Origin: Geosiphon pyriformis uo1
Taxonomy: Eukaryota > Fungi > Glomeromycota
Direction: 5' to 3'
DNA length: 64,000 nucleotides
NCBI GenBank assembly: GCA_016748015.1
Contig: JAAOMT010000144.1
Coordinates: forward strand, 74,557-138,556
Below, piece by piece: positions 1-14,326 of the stretch (position 1 is its first letter; each line of letters starts with the position of its first letter). The position numbers and the translations under genes are program-made. Under the pieces are notes generated by a model, which did not search any database, had not been told where the DNA came from, and saw only the letters and a program-made list of their open reading frames with translations.

Positions 1-26
1 ATTTTAATAATTTTAATAATAAAAAA

Positions 27-72
27 GTGGTTGGGCTACACTGCAATCATGTAAAAAATTTAAATAAAAAAA
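27..72 (+). mobile_element. Extreme 3' fragment of the resident LINE family (terminal motif plus A-rich tail)
   Basis: gtggttgggctacact...gtaaaaaatttaaataaaaaaa matches the 3' end of the LINE at 31521-31562 (gtggttgggctgcactcgtaaaatctttaataaaaaaaa). Confidence 0.5.
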
Positions 73-2414
73 CCACAAATATCATCTTAATTAATTCAGA
101 AAAAAATTGAATGTTAGTTTATTTAATTTTATATTAAGACTATATATTTCATTTTTTTGAAAATATAACACAAAATGGTACTATTGTACTTTTTTATATT
201 TTCCAATTACTTTTAATCAAACGAAAAGCTTGGAATAAATTTTAAGTTTAATTATATACATTGATAATTTTTTATAAATTTTTTATTTTTATGTTATGTT
301 ATTTAATGTCACTTGTCAAAAAAATTGAAAATAGATTATAATTTAGATAAAAAAAAATTAAATTAATAACTATTTGAATCAATATATATATATATTATTA
401 ATATTTTATATTAATATTTAACAGTATTCTTAAAATTTCATTTTTATAATTCAGTTTAATATTTAAAAGTAAAATTATTTAAATGTTTCTGTGAGCAATT
501 TTTCTAGTTAAAAAATTAAAATTAAAAACTTCAATAAACAAACTTATTAAATAATAAATTTATATTTTACAATTAAAATATTTCTGTTATCACATTTTTA
601 TAACAAATTTTATGTAAATTGGTTTTAAATTCAATAAAATATTATTTTTAATAATATTTTTATTTTTTCATGAATACACTTTTATTTTAATTAAACAAAT
701 GATTTGCACTATTGTAAAAAATAGTTCTTTTAATTATAATATATGATAATTAAATAAAAATTATTTCAATTTTAATATTTATATTGCTTATTAATTATGT
801 CAATACTTAGTTTGGCAAAATTTAATCATATAAATAAAATAAACAAATGTTTAAAAGAAGTTAAAAGTTTAAACTTTGAAAATTCAAATTAAATAAGTCA
901 ATTTTATCAATTGTATTTATTTGTTTTCTCAAGTAATAAAAATTTTAGAAATTTTTAGAAATTTTTTTGCAAATAATTTTTAACCATAATTTTTAATTTC
1001 TCCTAACTCTTTTACTTCACATTTCAATTTATGAATGAGATTAGCCCGACTTCGCCACATTTTTTCTAATTATTTTTCATAATAACAGTTCATTTTCTCA
1101 AATTTCAGCCACAAATCCATAATAATTATCGCAGGTTTCTTTGTTTATAAATTCCTTTTTATTTCCCAACCCACAACAAAAGATAAAAATGGTCTTCACA
1201 CCTCGTCCCAAAAACTGGATAATTGACATGAGAAAAATTATTTTCAAAGACTATGAAACTAATAATTTCCTACTTGATTATTTTTCAAACCTTAAATGAT
1301 TTCCTGCAATGAAGCCTTCATATTTGACAGCTTGAAGTCTTTGGATTTAATAAATGACTTTTGTAGAACATAATATATCGTTAGGGTAGTATATAATACT
1401 AATATTGCCAAAAGACCCCTGTTAATATTGTGAATTTTCATAAATTCCATTCTTGGACAATTTTCCAAGCCAAAAAATTCCATTAATTCGAATTCTTGGA
1501 GCTTGAATCTTCAATCAGAACACGAGATTACAGTTTCAATAATAAACTATACAAAAGTAATTAATGGTCTTTTAACCATAATTAAAAACGTGCATTCCGT
1601 GTCACACTCGAGATTTTTTTAATTGATTGGAAAAAATTTTTGACAAACCATGTGCGTGAATCAGGATAAATATTAAAAGGACATTTTTCTCCTTTTGCTA
1701 AAGATTTCCCAAGAGAACACAGGAAGCAAGCTTTATAACAGAGATAGCCAAAATAACGAAAACTTGTTTGTAAAATCTTCCGTCAAAATATTCTCATTTA
1801 TTTATTTAGTGATATACGGATTGTTACTTTTATTTGTTTCTAAATTCGGCGAAAACTAATCATGGTGCCAAGAGCCCAAGCTCCCTTTCCGCAACTTCCC
1901 AAAGTTCAAACCACAGGCTAATAACTAAAAGCCTTTTGGTTTTACAATTACTATCATATACCCATGTTGTACATCATAAGCAAATGTGTCAGTATAGTAA
2001 ATGCATATAATAGGTTTCTAACATTGCATAACCGTAACTTGACAACTCAAAAAAGATAGCTTGAATTATCGTCACTAGGCCTGTGGAATATAGAATTCAG
2101 TGCAACCAATCACATTTATATCAGTTACATCTGCAGTGACTCGCATGATAAACTTATACTGGTATTAGGAAAAGCCAAACCCCTTCGTCCCTCTCCATAA
2201 AACTCCTTGTTAACGCCTCCCATCGTCTTATTTGGTCAAACTATAAAACCTTTCCTGAACCTTCCCTTCGTCGCCATACTTAAAGCCACCGCCTTCTTTA
2301 ACGCCAATATTATTGTTTTTTCTAATCCTAAAAATATCAACTAGACATTTGTTTCTTTTTTACACTTAATCTTTCTGTACTTGGTAACATTATCCACAAT
2401 AAAAGTTTTTAATT

Positions 2415-3548
<1,134 letters not shown>

Positions 3549-5222
3549 AATTTTTGATTTTATCATAATTTGATTTCTGTCATAAATTTGAATATATATA
3601 TATTATTATATAATCAACATTATTTCTTCGTCGGCTATTCTTTCCACCATTACTATTACTTTTACATATTTGCTTTCTCCTTTGGGTCATTTTCAACAGT
3701 GTTTTGCCTCTTTTACCATTTTTAATACCTTGGTGTTTAGAAACGAGGGCTTGACGAACGTGTTTATTCTTTCCGAGTTTTATTGGATGGGTGGTTGATT
3801 AATTGATAATCAAAGTTTGATTTCACAAAATATGGCCAAAATTTTATTTCTTTTTGTTATTTCAAATTCGGACTCCAGGATCAACCCAAAACACCTTAAC
3901 ATTGTATATGTTCTGATCGATTTAGTTTATCCGATTATTTTGATATTTAATGCGAAAGCTCTATGCGAATTGATTTGCAAAAACTTTTTTCAATATATTC
4001 TACAAAACAAAAATATTCAAGAAATCTCAAGTTTGGACGTGCTGAAAAGTCTAGTGCTCAACGTTTCTTCTCTTTCTATTACGCGTCTTCTTGGGAGATC
4101 ACGAATACACAACTACCAATCACTGATTCAAGATAATTCGATGTTCGTTGGTTGCAGAGCTTTGGCGCGAGATCTACCCTAATTGAATAGGTCAAAGAAC
4201 ACACATTTAGGGCGTTGAGATTCCAATATCAATTACCTAAATTGTGGCAAAAAAAAATTGAAAATTTTGAACCAAAAGGTGTATCATGTAAATTGGATAA
4301 TCCGTTTCCAACCAGAAGCAGGAACCTGAGAATTTGGAGATTTAGGCTAGATTATGCATTAAGTCCATCATTAGTTGTTGATTGTCCTTCCATCAACAGT
4401 TGGGTGGAACATTAACAACTATCCGTGGGCTATTAAAATAAATAGCACCATCGTGATCCTGTACAACTAGTTTTGGGATTTTATCGTGGAGAATTAAATT
4501 TGTGCCTGTTAAAGAAATTCAGGAAACAAATTGATGGTTGTTCCCCATATAGGTTTAATTTTGATCAGCTGCATTCATAACAGTGAATCTTGTGGAAGAT
4601 CGAAACTATTGTCTTTTCGGAATAAAGTTATTTTTAAATGGAAGTATGGTTCTGCGGAAACATTAAAGGTTAATCTGACAACTCGATTTCATCCAATGAT
4701 ATCTCCTGAATTTTATGTGCATATTGGGGAGATCTACTCTCGTACCCTTAGCAAATTCCCTTGTAGCACATTTCAAACATTTTAAGTTTCGATTCACAGA
4801 TTGCGTAGTTTTTAAATAACAAATTACTTAATAGAAACTTTTTAAATTTTCACAAACAATTGTTTTAAAAACAGCTACGGATTTTCTTGTAGCATTTTGT
4901 TGATCAAATGAGAAAAACGATTTTGCGCCAATGCTTGGTATTTTTCAAGGGAAATTTACTTTAAAAAAATTTTTTTTTTTACCGAAAAACGGTATTTAGA
5001 AAATTTTGACTTTTTTTAAACATTCTATATTAGTTTAAATGAAAACCGATTTTTAGTAAATTTGTCTTTTTTAAACATTCCATATTAGTTTAAATGAAAA
5101 TAAGTTAAAAAATTGATTAAGGTCAGAATACTTTTTATTATTAAAAATTTAATAATAAAATTAAATTTTTGATGGATTTATATTTATATAATAATTGATT
5201 TTTAAATAATATATTAACCTAA

Positions 5223-5255
<33 letters not shown>

Positions 5256-8200
5256 TTAATTAATTTAAAATATTTTTAGTATTTTATTAATCAGAATTTT
5301 TCTAATAATTTCATAACAAGAATTAGTTAAAAAATTGGTTCAAAAAAACATTTAAAAGAGGCAAAAATTAAACAAAAATTAAAACACAAGTAAAATTTAT
5401 TGTATAAAAATTTAAAAAAATCAAATTTACTTTGTTCGATCGAGTTTTGTGTGTTTAATTATTTAATAATCATTTATTTAGTTAAAAAAATTTTTTTATT
5501 GTGTATAATTTTTTTGTATTTAAAATGATTACAACTTATAGAATCAAAGCTGAATATGATAATATTAATTTTTTGAACAATTATGATTAATATAATACGA
5601 CAAAAAATAAAAATTTACAAGATAGAAAAAAAAAAATTCTTTTTATTTTAATGTCATTAACGCATACTAATGTTTTACTTGTAGACAATTAATTGTTCAA
5701 AGTATTTTAAATTTTAAATTTGTGTTTAATTAAAAAGATAAGCAATTTAAAATAATTTTAATATAAATAATTTTAAATAAATTTATTTCTTATCTTTCTT
5801 TTTCATTATTTGCAAATTTAATAGATTCTACAACTTTTTCACCTGTCAAAGCCTTGAATTTAAAATTTAAAATGAACAATTAAAAATGTTTTGCCGTAAG
5901 CATCTTATTTGAACCTGATTTTTTCAAAGTAATTCAAGCCAAAAATTTTTTTTTACTGTAAAAAATATGTGTAATAGCTGATGTAAACCTATTTTATACA
6001 ATCGTAAAATAAAAATATCGCTTTTTATAATTAATGCTCAAAGGTTCATTACTATTACAGAAAAACTGACTAATTGTAAATGGTTTTTATTGTGTAAAAA
6101 TCAATTCATAGTTACAAAAATAGCTTTTTGTCACATGAAATCAACTTATTGTTTTACAAAATAACCATTATTACATTTTCATTAAATAAGACATAAATAT
6201 TTTAATTAAATTCACTTTTATTAGCGTTAGATGTACTATCAGTTTTATAATAAAATGTTAACTTTACCATTTTTTGGAATATTTTTTATAATCCATTATC
6301 ATTATGGATAAGAAAGCTTTTTAATTTTAATAATGTATGTTTATGTTTAATTTTTTTTTAAAAATTTATCAAATATGAATATTACTTGTATAATAATTAA
6401 CACATTTAAATTATTGTTTTTAAAAAATTTTATACAAATTTATGAAAAAATTTATCACTTTATTTTTTTAAAATATTTTTTATATAACAATTAAATATTG
6501 TTTGCTTTTGTTTTTAATATATTTTTGATGTAATTTTCAACTTATCAGTTTAATTGACTTAAAATTGTTATCTTTTTTTTGAATCTTCAAATATAAAAAA
6601 GCAAATAGTTTTGCAGTATCCATGAATAACTCTTTTATAATAGACCTTTCAATCATACTATTGCATGAAGACTCAAAATTTTACAAGTTATTTTAATGAA
6701 AACTTTTCTATTATTACAGAGATGATACAAGAGCATAATTTTCATGAATTTAGAATTTTTGTCTCATATATATATAATGTTTATCTTTTAAAAAAAATAA
6801 TAAAATATTTTTATACTTTGAAAGCAACGGTCAAAGTTACTACAAATCAAAACATCTTGTGGAGTAATTTCTTTCTCGTTAAGTTCATCAAGTTAATCTT
6901 ATAATGACAAAATTTTCCGGCCTAAAGTTTTTATTGCTTCAATAAAGAAAACAATAAAGTGCAAATTTAATTAATAATCTCTCAAATAAGGTTTAAATTC
7001 ATTACATCACAAAATAATTTTTGTTTGCGTGAGCTTTTTAAAGAAAATTTAGTATTTTATATATCCGCCTGAATAAATCATATTTTCTTGGTAGTTTATT
7101 ATTCCTCCAGAATAGTCAATGTTTTAGGAATTTATTATTCCCTATATAAAACAGTTCTCACGCCAAAAAAATTTTGATAACTTTTTTTTTTCAAATGTTT
7201 TCATTCTTTATATATTACGACAAAATATGTTTTATCTAAAATTTGCATAAATATGGATTTCAAATGCTCTTGGCCAATAGAGCTTAGTTATACGGTGGAT
7301 TTTATTAAATTCAAAAAATTAATAGAGAAGCGATTTCATTCAAGTCACAAAAATAGATGGACTCAAACAGTGAATCCAACATTTATACCAAATCAATTTT
7401 TTCATTTTCATTTTGATTTAAAAAAATCAAAGTGGTAGTGCTTTGAAAGAGTACACTAAAAAAATGATTCTTTTTTCTTAAGATTCTTCGGGTGAAATGT
7501 AGGCGTTAGATCGCAGTTGAAAAACAATCTAGTTAATAGTTTCAAGGAAACGAAAATTTGGTACAAATTTTGTTATCACATATGGTTCAAAGATTTGGAG
7601 TCACTGATATACTATGAAATCCTATTGGTTGAACAGCAATATTACTCGTTTAACTATGACTTACCTTAGTTAAAATTTTAAATATAGAGAACAATCTAAT
7701 ATAAAAATTATTTTCAATCTCAACTCTACTCTGTTCCAATTTGGTTTCTCAATAATAAAATTCCCTTTCTGTCAAGCCAATTAATCGAAAGATATTACAA
7801 AGTATTATGATCCAACCAGAAACGCTGTATTCTTAGTTATAATTAATTTTTTTTTAATTTTTTTGGAATAATCTTCTTACGAAGCTGGTCAAATCCGCAA
7901 AATAACGATGGTAGTAAAATATTCAAACACCAAAAATTGATTATACGATTAGCTTATAGTTTAGATCCTATTTACCAGGTTACTTGTTGACCGAAAATTT
8001 TTTTGGTCCAACACAGTTTGAAAAAATTTTCGGGGCTTTCATTTTTCCTATTTCTAGAATTAGCAATTTTTCATAATTAAAAAATTTAAATAGATAACGA
8101 CTATTATTTTAGATCATTCGCCGATTTAATTTTTTTCATATACACGTATTATTATTATGTAATTGATAGATTCGGAGCTGATTGAATTTACGGCAAAATA

Positions 8201-9648
8201 TTCTATCCTTTATTGAAAAATTGATTAACTAATCCCTTTTTATGCGCAGTAAAATAAAGTTTTTTTTCTTTTGAAACTTGTCCACATTCTAATTCCAGCT
8301 TATCACTCATCACATAAGTATGACACTGGGAACAAAGGGGTTATAATTTAAAAACAAAGTATTTCAGATCATTTATGTAAATATTTAGGAACAAAGGGAA
8401 ATCCTTGAGCTTTTTTTTGAAAATTCCTAATTATAATCGCGTAAATCTTTATTTATTATGAGAAGATGTATTTAGCTAAGGTACAGTATTCCATGAGTGA
8501 AATAGTATTATTATAAAAGAATGTAATGCTTTTGATATTAGATTCTGTGTCTACAATGCTGAATCATAATCATCTTTGTGGCATACGATGTTTGGTTTAA
8601 CAAAAAACGAATCGCGAAAAATTCGTCCATCTTCTATGATAAAGCTTTCAGCTGACCATTCAGACCTGCTAGAAAACTTTGTTTTCGAAATTGGGAAAAA
8701 GAACATTCGATTTAAATATTAACTTTACTCTAAATATATCAAATTAAATATCATTTCTTCTTGGTTTACAATCTTTGCAATTGACTTTTAATTCTTTGTT
8801 CATCATTAAAGTACAGCTTTTTAATTTGACCAAAAATCATTTTTTTCTTGTTAATTCAAAATCTTTAAGAAAACTTGAATTTATTTCTTTTTTTTAAAAA
8901 ACGATGCGTTAAAAGCTAATAAGTACATTTTATGAAAAAATTCTATTTCTATTTTTCTAATTAAAATTTATTATAAAACTCAAAATTGCATGTACATGGT
9001 AAAAAAATTATTAATTTATTAAAAAACTATTAATTAAATCTTTTCACAATTTCTAAAATACATTTAAAATAATTTACACTTATTTTCATTAATTCGAAAT
9101 TTCATTATTTATTTACAAATTATTCAATATTTGTATTATTTTTTAATCTCATCAAATATTAAATTTAAATGTATTTATAAGCCTTTTTTTTACACTTTTA
9201 AAAGTTTTCATATCTGCTAAAGTAAAACTGAATGTGTAAATTGAAAATTTTTTTCTCTTGAAAATAGATTATCCCCATCGCCAGAGTTTTTACTATGTTC
9301 CTCTAAATCCCTCGAATCTTTGATATACAAATTTTTATTTATCTTAATTAAATTTTGTTCAATTGTTTTCTTTCTAAAAAAACATCTCTCTCAAGATATT
9401 ACCTGCTTCTAATAACCTGAATGTCAAAAAGAGTTCGCTTAGATAAATTTAAATTTACTTTTTCATAGAATTCATGAATTCAAAAATTTTTTATGAATTT
9501 CAAATATTCATCAATTAAAACATATCAAAATGGATGTAGCAATGACAGAAATTATGACAAAGAAAGCTTAATTCAAAATAAAATATAGTTTTTTATTATA
9601 CTTTGAGAATAAAAGTAAGATCCTTTTGAATATATTGCATTATTCTAA

Positions 9649-11001
9649 TTATTCAGTTATTAAATTTTCATTCGTCTCCGAGCTCCGAACATTAATTAAT
9701 GATAAATAAGTGTTCCATCCCAACGCTATAGTATTAACAACTAATAGCCGATGTTGCAAGGGCACGAATCGAAAGTTAATAAGTTGGACTGCCGGCCAAA
9801 GTTTATAATTGTTGACCAGGGCGGATGGATATCCCTATTATGAGAACAAATAAGTTAGGATGGTAGAACATAAAACAATTAATTCGAAACATTTGAAATA
9901 CCTTTTCCAACTTTTTTTTGATCGATTCAAGCTTTTGTCCCTCCATAATTCCTTGAGCAATAAAAAATATACCCATGAAGCATGGCGCGAAGAATATTTG
10001 ATCCATTGCTACTCGGGTTACAAGTGCTTTTTTTGAAATTAGAATAAAAGTTAGGCTACATGAAAGAAGTTGACTTTTGAAAGTACGCTTCATTAAAAGT
10101 CCTAAGAATGTNNNNNNNNNNNNNNNNNNNNTGTTGCAAGGGCACGAATCGAAAGTTAATAAGTTGGACTGCCGGCCAAAGTTTATAATTGTTGACCAGG
10201 GCGGATGGATATCCCTATTATGAGAACAAATAAGTTAGGATGGTAGAACATAAAACAATTAATTCGAAACATTTGAAATACCTTTTCCAACTTTTTTTTG
10301 ATCGATTCAAGCTTTTGTCCCTCCATAATTCCTTGAGCAATAAAAAATATACCCATGAAGCATGGCGCGAAGAATATTTGATCCATTGCTACTCGGGTTA
10401 CAAGTGCTTTTTTTGAAATTAGAATAAAAGTTAGGCTACATGAAAGAAGTTGACTTTTGAAAGTACGCTTCATTAAAAGTCCTAAGAATGTTTTCATACA
10501 TACCATTATTAGGATTTTTGATGGTCACGTAACGGTCCAAAACCCGATACCAATTGGCGACAGCTGGACCCTGGGAATAAATCAATTTCGATAACCGTCT
10601 TAGTACTCAAATTTGTTAGGGATTTCGAGCGAAATTTCTATGCTAGACTATTCAGAATCAAAGTGAGCTTACCGCCAATATCGTACCGAAAGCTATCATT
10701 CTTCCGGTTCTTTTAAAATCATGCACATTTTTTCGTTCAATAATTTGCTGTGCAATTAAATCCCCTGTTCCAAATAAGATACCTTTAGGTATAAGAATAT
10801 AAAGGTTATTGTGATTAAACTTACAACGGGAAAAAAGATCAGAAGATTAAGACATAGTCAGATGATGATAAAAATTTATTCTAGAATATTCTTCTAATAT
10901 TCGGAAGCAAAGAATCAAGAGAAAATACCAGTTCCGCAAGCTTGTGTAAAAATCGGATATCGACTGAGAGCTTTGTTATAGAAGCGAATAAAGGAAGACA
11001 T
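9649..11001 (-). CDS. SYM1: Mpv17/PMP22 family membrane protein (Sym1-like), about 186 aa, 5 exons (11001-10929, 10782-10673, 10570-10504, 10406-10282 or its duplicate 10026-9902, 9834-9649)
   Basis: Spliced [37 protein letters not shown]...RTGRM...[12 protein letters not shown]...[11 protein letters not shown]...[37 protein letters not shown], the Mpv17 signature. GT-AG introns keep frame. An in-frame ATG also lies at 11007. Confidence 0.92.
9752..10491. repeat. Exact 360-bp direct duplication (9752-10111 = 10132-10491) flanking a 20-N gap; probable scaffolding artefact
   Basis: Identical sequence at offset 380 with the N run (10112-10131) exactly at the junction. Confidence 0.9.
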
Positions 11002-11454
11002 TCTCATCCGGTTTGAGTATTAAGATGAGCCGTGGGTTAAAAACGATATTTATAAAGATTTTAGGGTGTACTAAGTGCTACAACATATATTCATTTGATT
11101 TAAAAGTTCCAGGGAGAGTAGAAATTAAGTGTTCTAGCATTAAATAATATTTGATAGCAAATTTTTTGATCCCTGTGCTTTTTTAAATATTTACATTGAA
11201 TGTAAAACGAGAATTTTATAAGCCTTTGTTCATGAATTCTAAAATCGGAACAAATTTTCTAAAAAAACAGTAATTATTGAAAATTAATTTTTTGCATCTT
11301 AAAAAATCTACGGTATTAATAATAGCTCATTAATTAATTTTAAAATCGATTTTTCACGAATTTTTGAACTTTTTTAAGATATTATCACTTAATATTTTTG
11401 ATATTATAGCATAATATAACTATAAAATTCGAAAACGTGACTGAAACAGATTGA

Positions 11455-12154
11455 TTAAATCCTACGTGGCTTTTTCTTTTCTCTCACCACTACCTCTAAG
11501 CCTCGAACTTCACTCAACTCTCTTTTCAGCAATGACATCTCACGTAACAACAAACTATTCTCCCGATGTAACAACTCGATCTGGTTTCTGGCATCTTCCA
11601 TTTCCTGTTTTGCTTTGTCTAACTCTGCACGCGTAGATGCTTTCTTGTGCTCTTGCACCGCAGCAACAGAATCTTGACGATTCAAATGAGTTTTCAGGAT
11701 TTCTAGGAGTTCTGGAGTACTGAAGCGTGGTATGTGAGAGTTAAAGGTTTCTTGAGATGAGGAAGAGATCATTGTGGCGGTGGCCGNNNNNNNNNNNNNN
11801 NNNNNNGTAGGAAGCAAAAGAACCATTCTGTAAATTTTTTGGTATCGGTTCAGTTGATTTTCCAATACTATTTTCTTCGGCATTATTGGGAGACGAAAAG
11901 AAACGAACTGGTTTATTTTCATCAATCCATTGGAAAAATTTACACTTATCATCATCGTCTTCTGTTCTAAATTTCGGACATCGCCAAAACCAACGACCAA
12001 AATTCTTCCCTTTTTTACTTGTTCGCCAGGCAATGGCTTCGAAATCACAATAACATTCTGGTGAGTTAACAGTATCCGGTGCGAAATCGATTTGATGGGA
12101 TGAAGAGGAATCGTTTTCGCCCGTAGATAATGAGGGTTTATTGTTATGGTTCAT
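11455..12154 (-). CDS. GRF-type zinc finger protein with C-terminal coiled coil (frame broken by the N gap at 11787-11806)
   Basis: CYCDFEAIAWRTSKKGKNFGRWFWRCPK...CKFFQWIDE fits zf-GRF (CxC...GRxFxxC...CxFFxW). After the gap: heptad-rich ELDKAKQEMEDARNQIELLHRENSLLLREMSLLKREL and a basic tail KKKPRRI. Confidence 0.75.
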
Positions 12155-14326
12155 TTATTAGCTAACCTGATCTTATATATCATTCGAAGTTTTCGCAGTA
12201 TAAGACTTGTCAAAGCAATTTAATTATTTTTGTGGGTCAAATGTCAAACAGACGACGCTTTAATATACATATGTGGGAATCAATTGTTCTATCCTGTCCC
12301 CTTTATCTCGGCTTTCTTACATATCACAAATGACCGTCGAGACAATTGAGCTCCTGAATTGATTGTTGCAGTGGTGGGTCTGACACTAGTTTGACGATCA
12401 ATTGCCAGATGGTGATTGTTGGGATGATGTGATAATGACCTAGATGAAAAGAGGTCAGAGGCCATGTGTCAATTCTCTTTAATATTAGGATATTCCGATC
12501 TGAAAAGCCAAAGGTTTACAAACATCCCATACCATCAATCTCGTAAACTTCAAAAAGATAATACAATTTTTAATTCTGAGCTTTGGAATATTTATTTGTG
12601 AATATGATTAGTTCATTTTCTTTAAACGGAATAAAGTTACATTCTCAGGTTTTCTATGAAACTGATGTATACCCTATGATAACAATTCGTTTTAAAAACC
12701 TCCCATTATGACTTTTCCAGAGTTTGAAGAATAAAGAAATAACAAGAAATTTCTCTCCATTTTACTATAGGAGTTGGAAGATGACTTGGATTTAGTTGCT
12801 CTTTGGTAGTATATCTAGAAATTGTGGAAGTATAGTTTGTAAAAGAAATCGAAATTAATTCATTTTAATAAATATTTCACCACCCAAAATAGTGATATTT
12901 CGAGACTCAAAATGAAAACATGCGACATATCGTAATTAGACTCTTATAAATTACAACATTTCCAGAACTGCTTTTAAATTAGATATATATGATGATAACC
13001 ATCGATTATGTTCCGGAATGAACTCAACATATCTATCAAAAATGTATTCGACAAAAGGGACGTTTTTCGCACGATTTCTTAGTATCTGGGCATAGAATTG
13101 GAGTTAGGGCCTCCCACTGACTTTTTTCTCGTTGATGTAATCGTGCCAACCGCTATAAAAGCCAAGACCATGGACCAGTTCATGAAGAAGCACGAAAGAA
13201 AAGTCTATCTGGTCTGTTTTAATAGTTGTTGCATATTTTACATATTACATACCAACCAAAGGTCTAATACCAGGCTCGCAACTTTTTGGATTATCCTCGC
13301 AAAATGAATGAAACTTTGCATTCACCCTAATTGGAACCTGAAAAGTTAATACTAATCTGATATAATTCCCAGCAACCTCGAATGAATTCTCACATATTTT
13401 TTTATCTTTAATTCCACATTTAAAATTGATTTGAAACATCTTTGTTTTCGATTTTCTAAAATTTTCGGTTGAATTATTATTTTGCCTAGAATCGCCTTAA
13501 GGAAAATATTGGTTTAATATCAGCCATAAATTTGCAAGCATTTTCTTTTGTGCCAGCATTTGAGGGTTTTAAGCATTGATCTGCTATTTGGGGATGGGTA
13601 GAAATGAATGATAATGTGAAAAATTAGGAAGAGTGAAGATAAAAGTTTTTTTGAAAAGTTAAAAGCGGGAAATCTTTGTTTCATTTTGAAGACTTTGAGT
13701 TTCCAATGAGCCAGATTATTTTTGAATAAGGCCTTCAGCTCGTAAAAATCTTCAAAAAACTTTTTCGCTTCTTCTCTTTTTATTTAACTTTTAAGTTATT
13801 AAATTCATTTCGATTTTTACAATAAAACTATTTTGAACCTTCTCAAAAATGCTAGTAATGTTATAATTTTTAGAAAAAACACTTTCCTTAAAGAATTTTT
13901 ATTGTTGAAACACTTTTGATGCTGCTGTCATTGATTGTCTCTTAGCATATAAAAATAAAATTTATGTAATCGCTTAAACTGAAGCAATTAGATTATATCT
14001 ATACAGGAAACAGTATTAAATAGTGTTTGAAGCTGGCATTTATATTAACGTTTCCTTTAAAGATCCAAAAAGTAAAATGAGAGATACTATGAAGACTAGA
14101 TGTTTGTGCCCCACAAATTTAGAAAAATCTTGTTTTTTGCCTATCTATTGATATCCAATACTTAATCACAATCACTCGTCTAAATAATTAGTCATCAATT
14201 GTAAGAATTTATCAACAGATCATGGATGGATAAAAAGTTTCTTTGTTATTTCGAAATTCTTTTCAAATTTGATTTAGAAGAGCTCCTCTAATAACTTACA
14301 AAATCATCCCCAAGGGGTAAAACATA

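Noticed and set aside
3817-4785. Three ORFs downstream of CDC42
   Set aside because: Non-ATG starts and no recognisable motifs; likely 3' UTR or intergenic.
5001-5100. About 56-bp imperfect tandem duplication
   Set aside because: Two AT-rich copies only; ordinary slippage with no functional signal.
12420-12505. Possible C/D-box snoRNA (ATGATGT...CTGA, partial 18S-complementary gtcaattc)
   Set aside because: Box C is imperfect, there is no terminal stem, and the rRNA complement is short, gapped and not adjacent to a D box.
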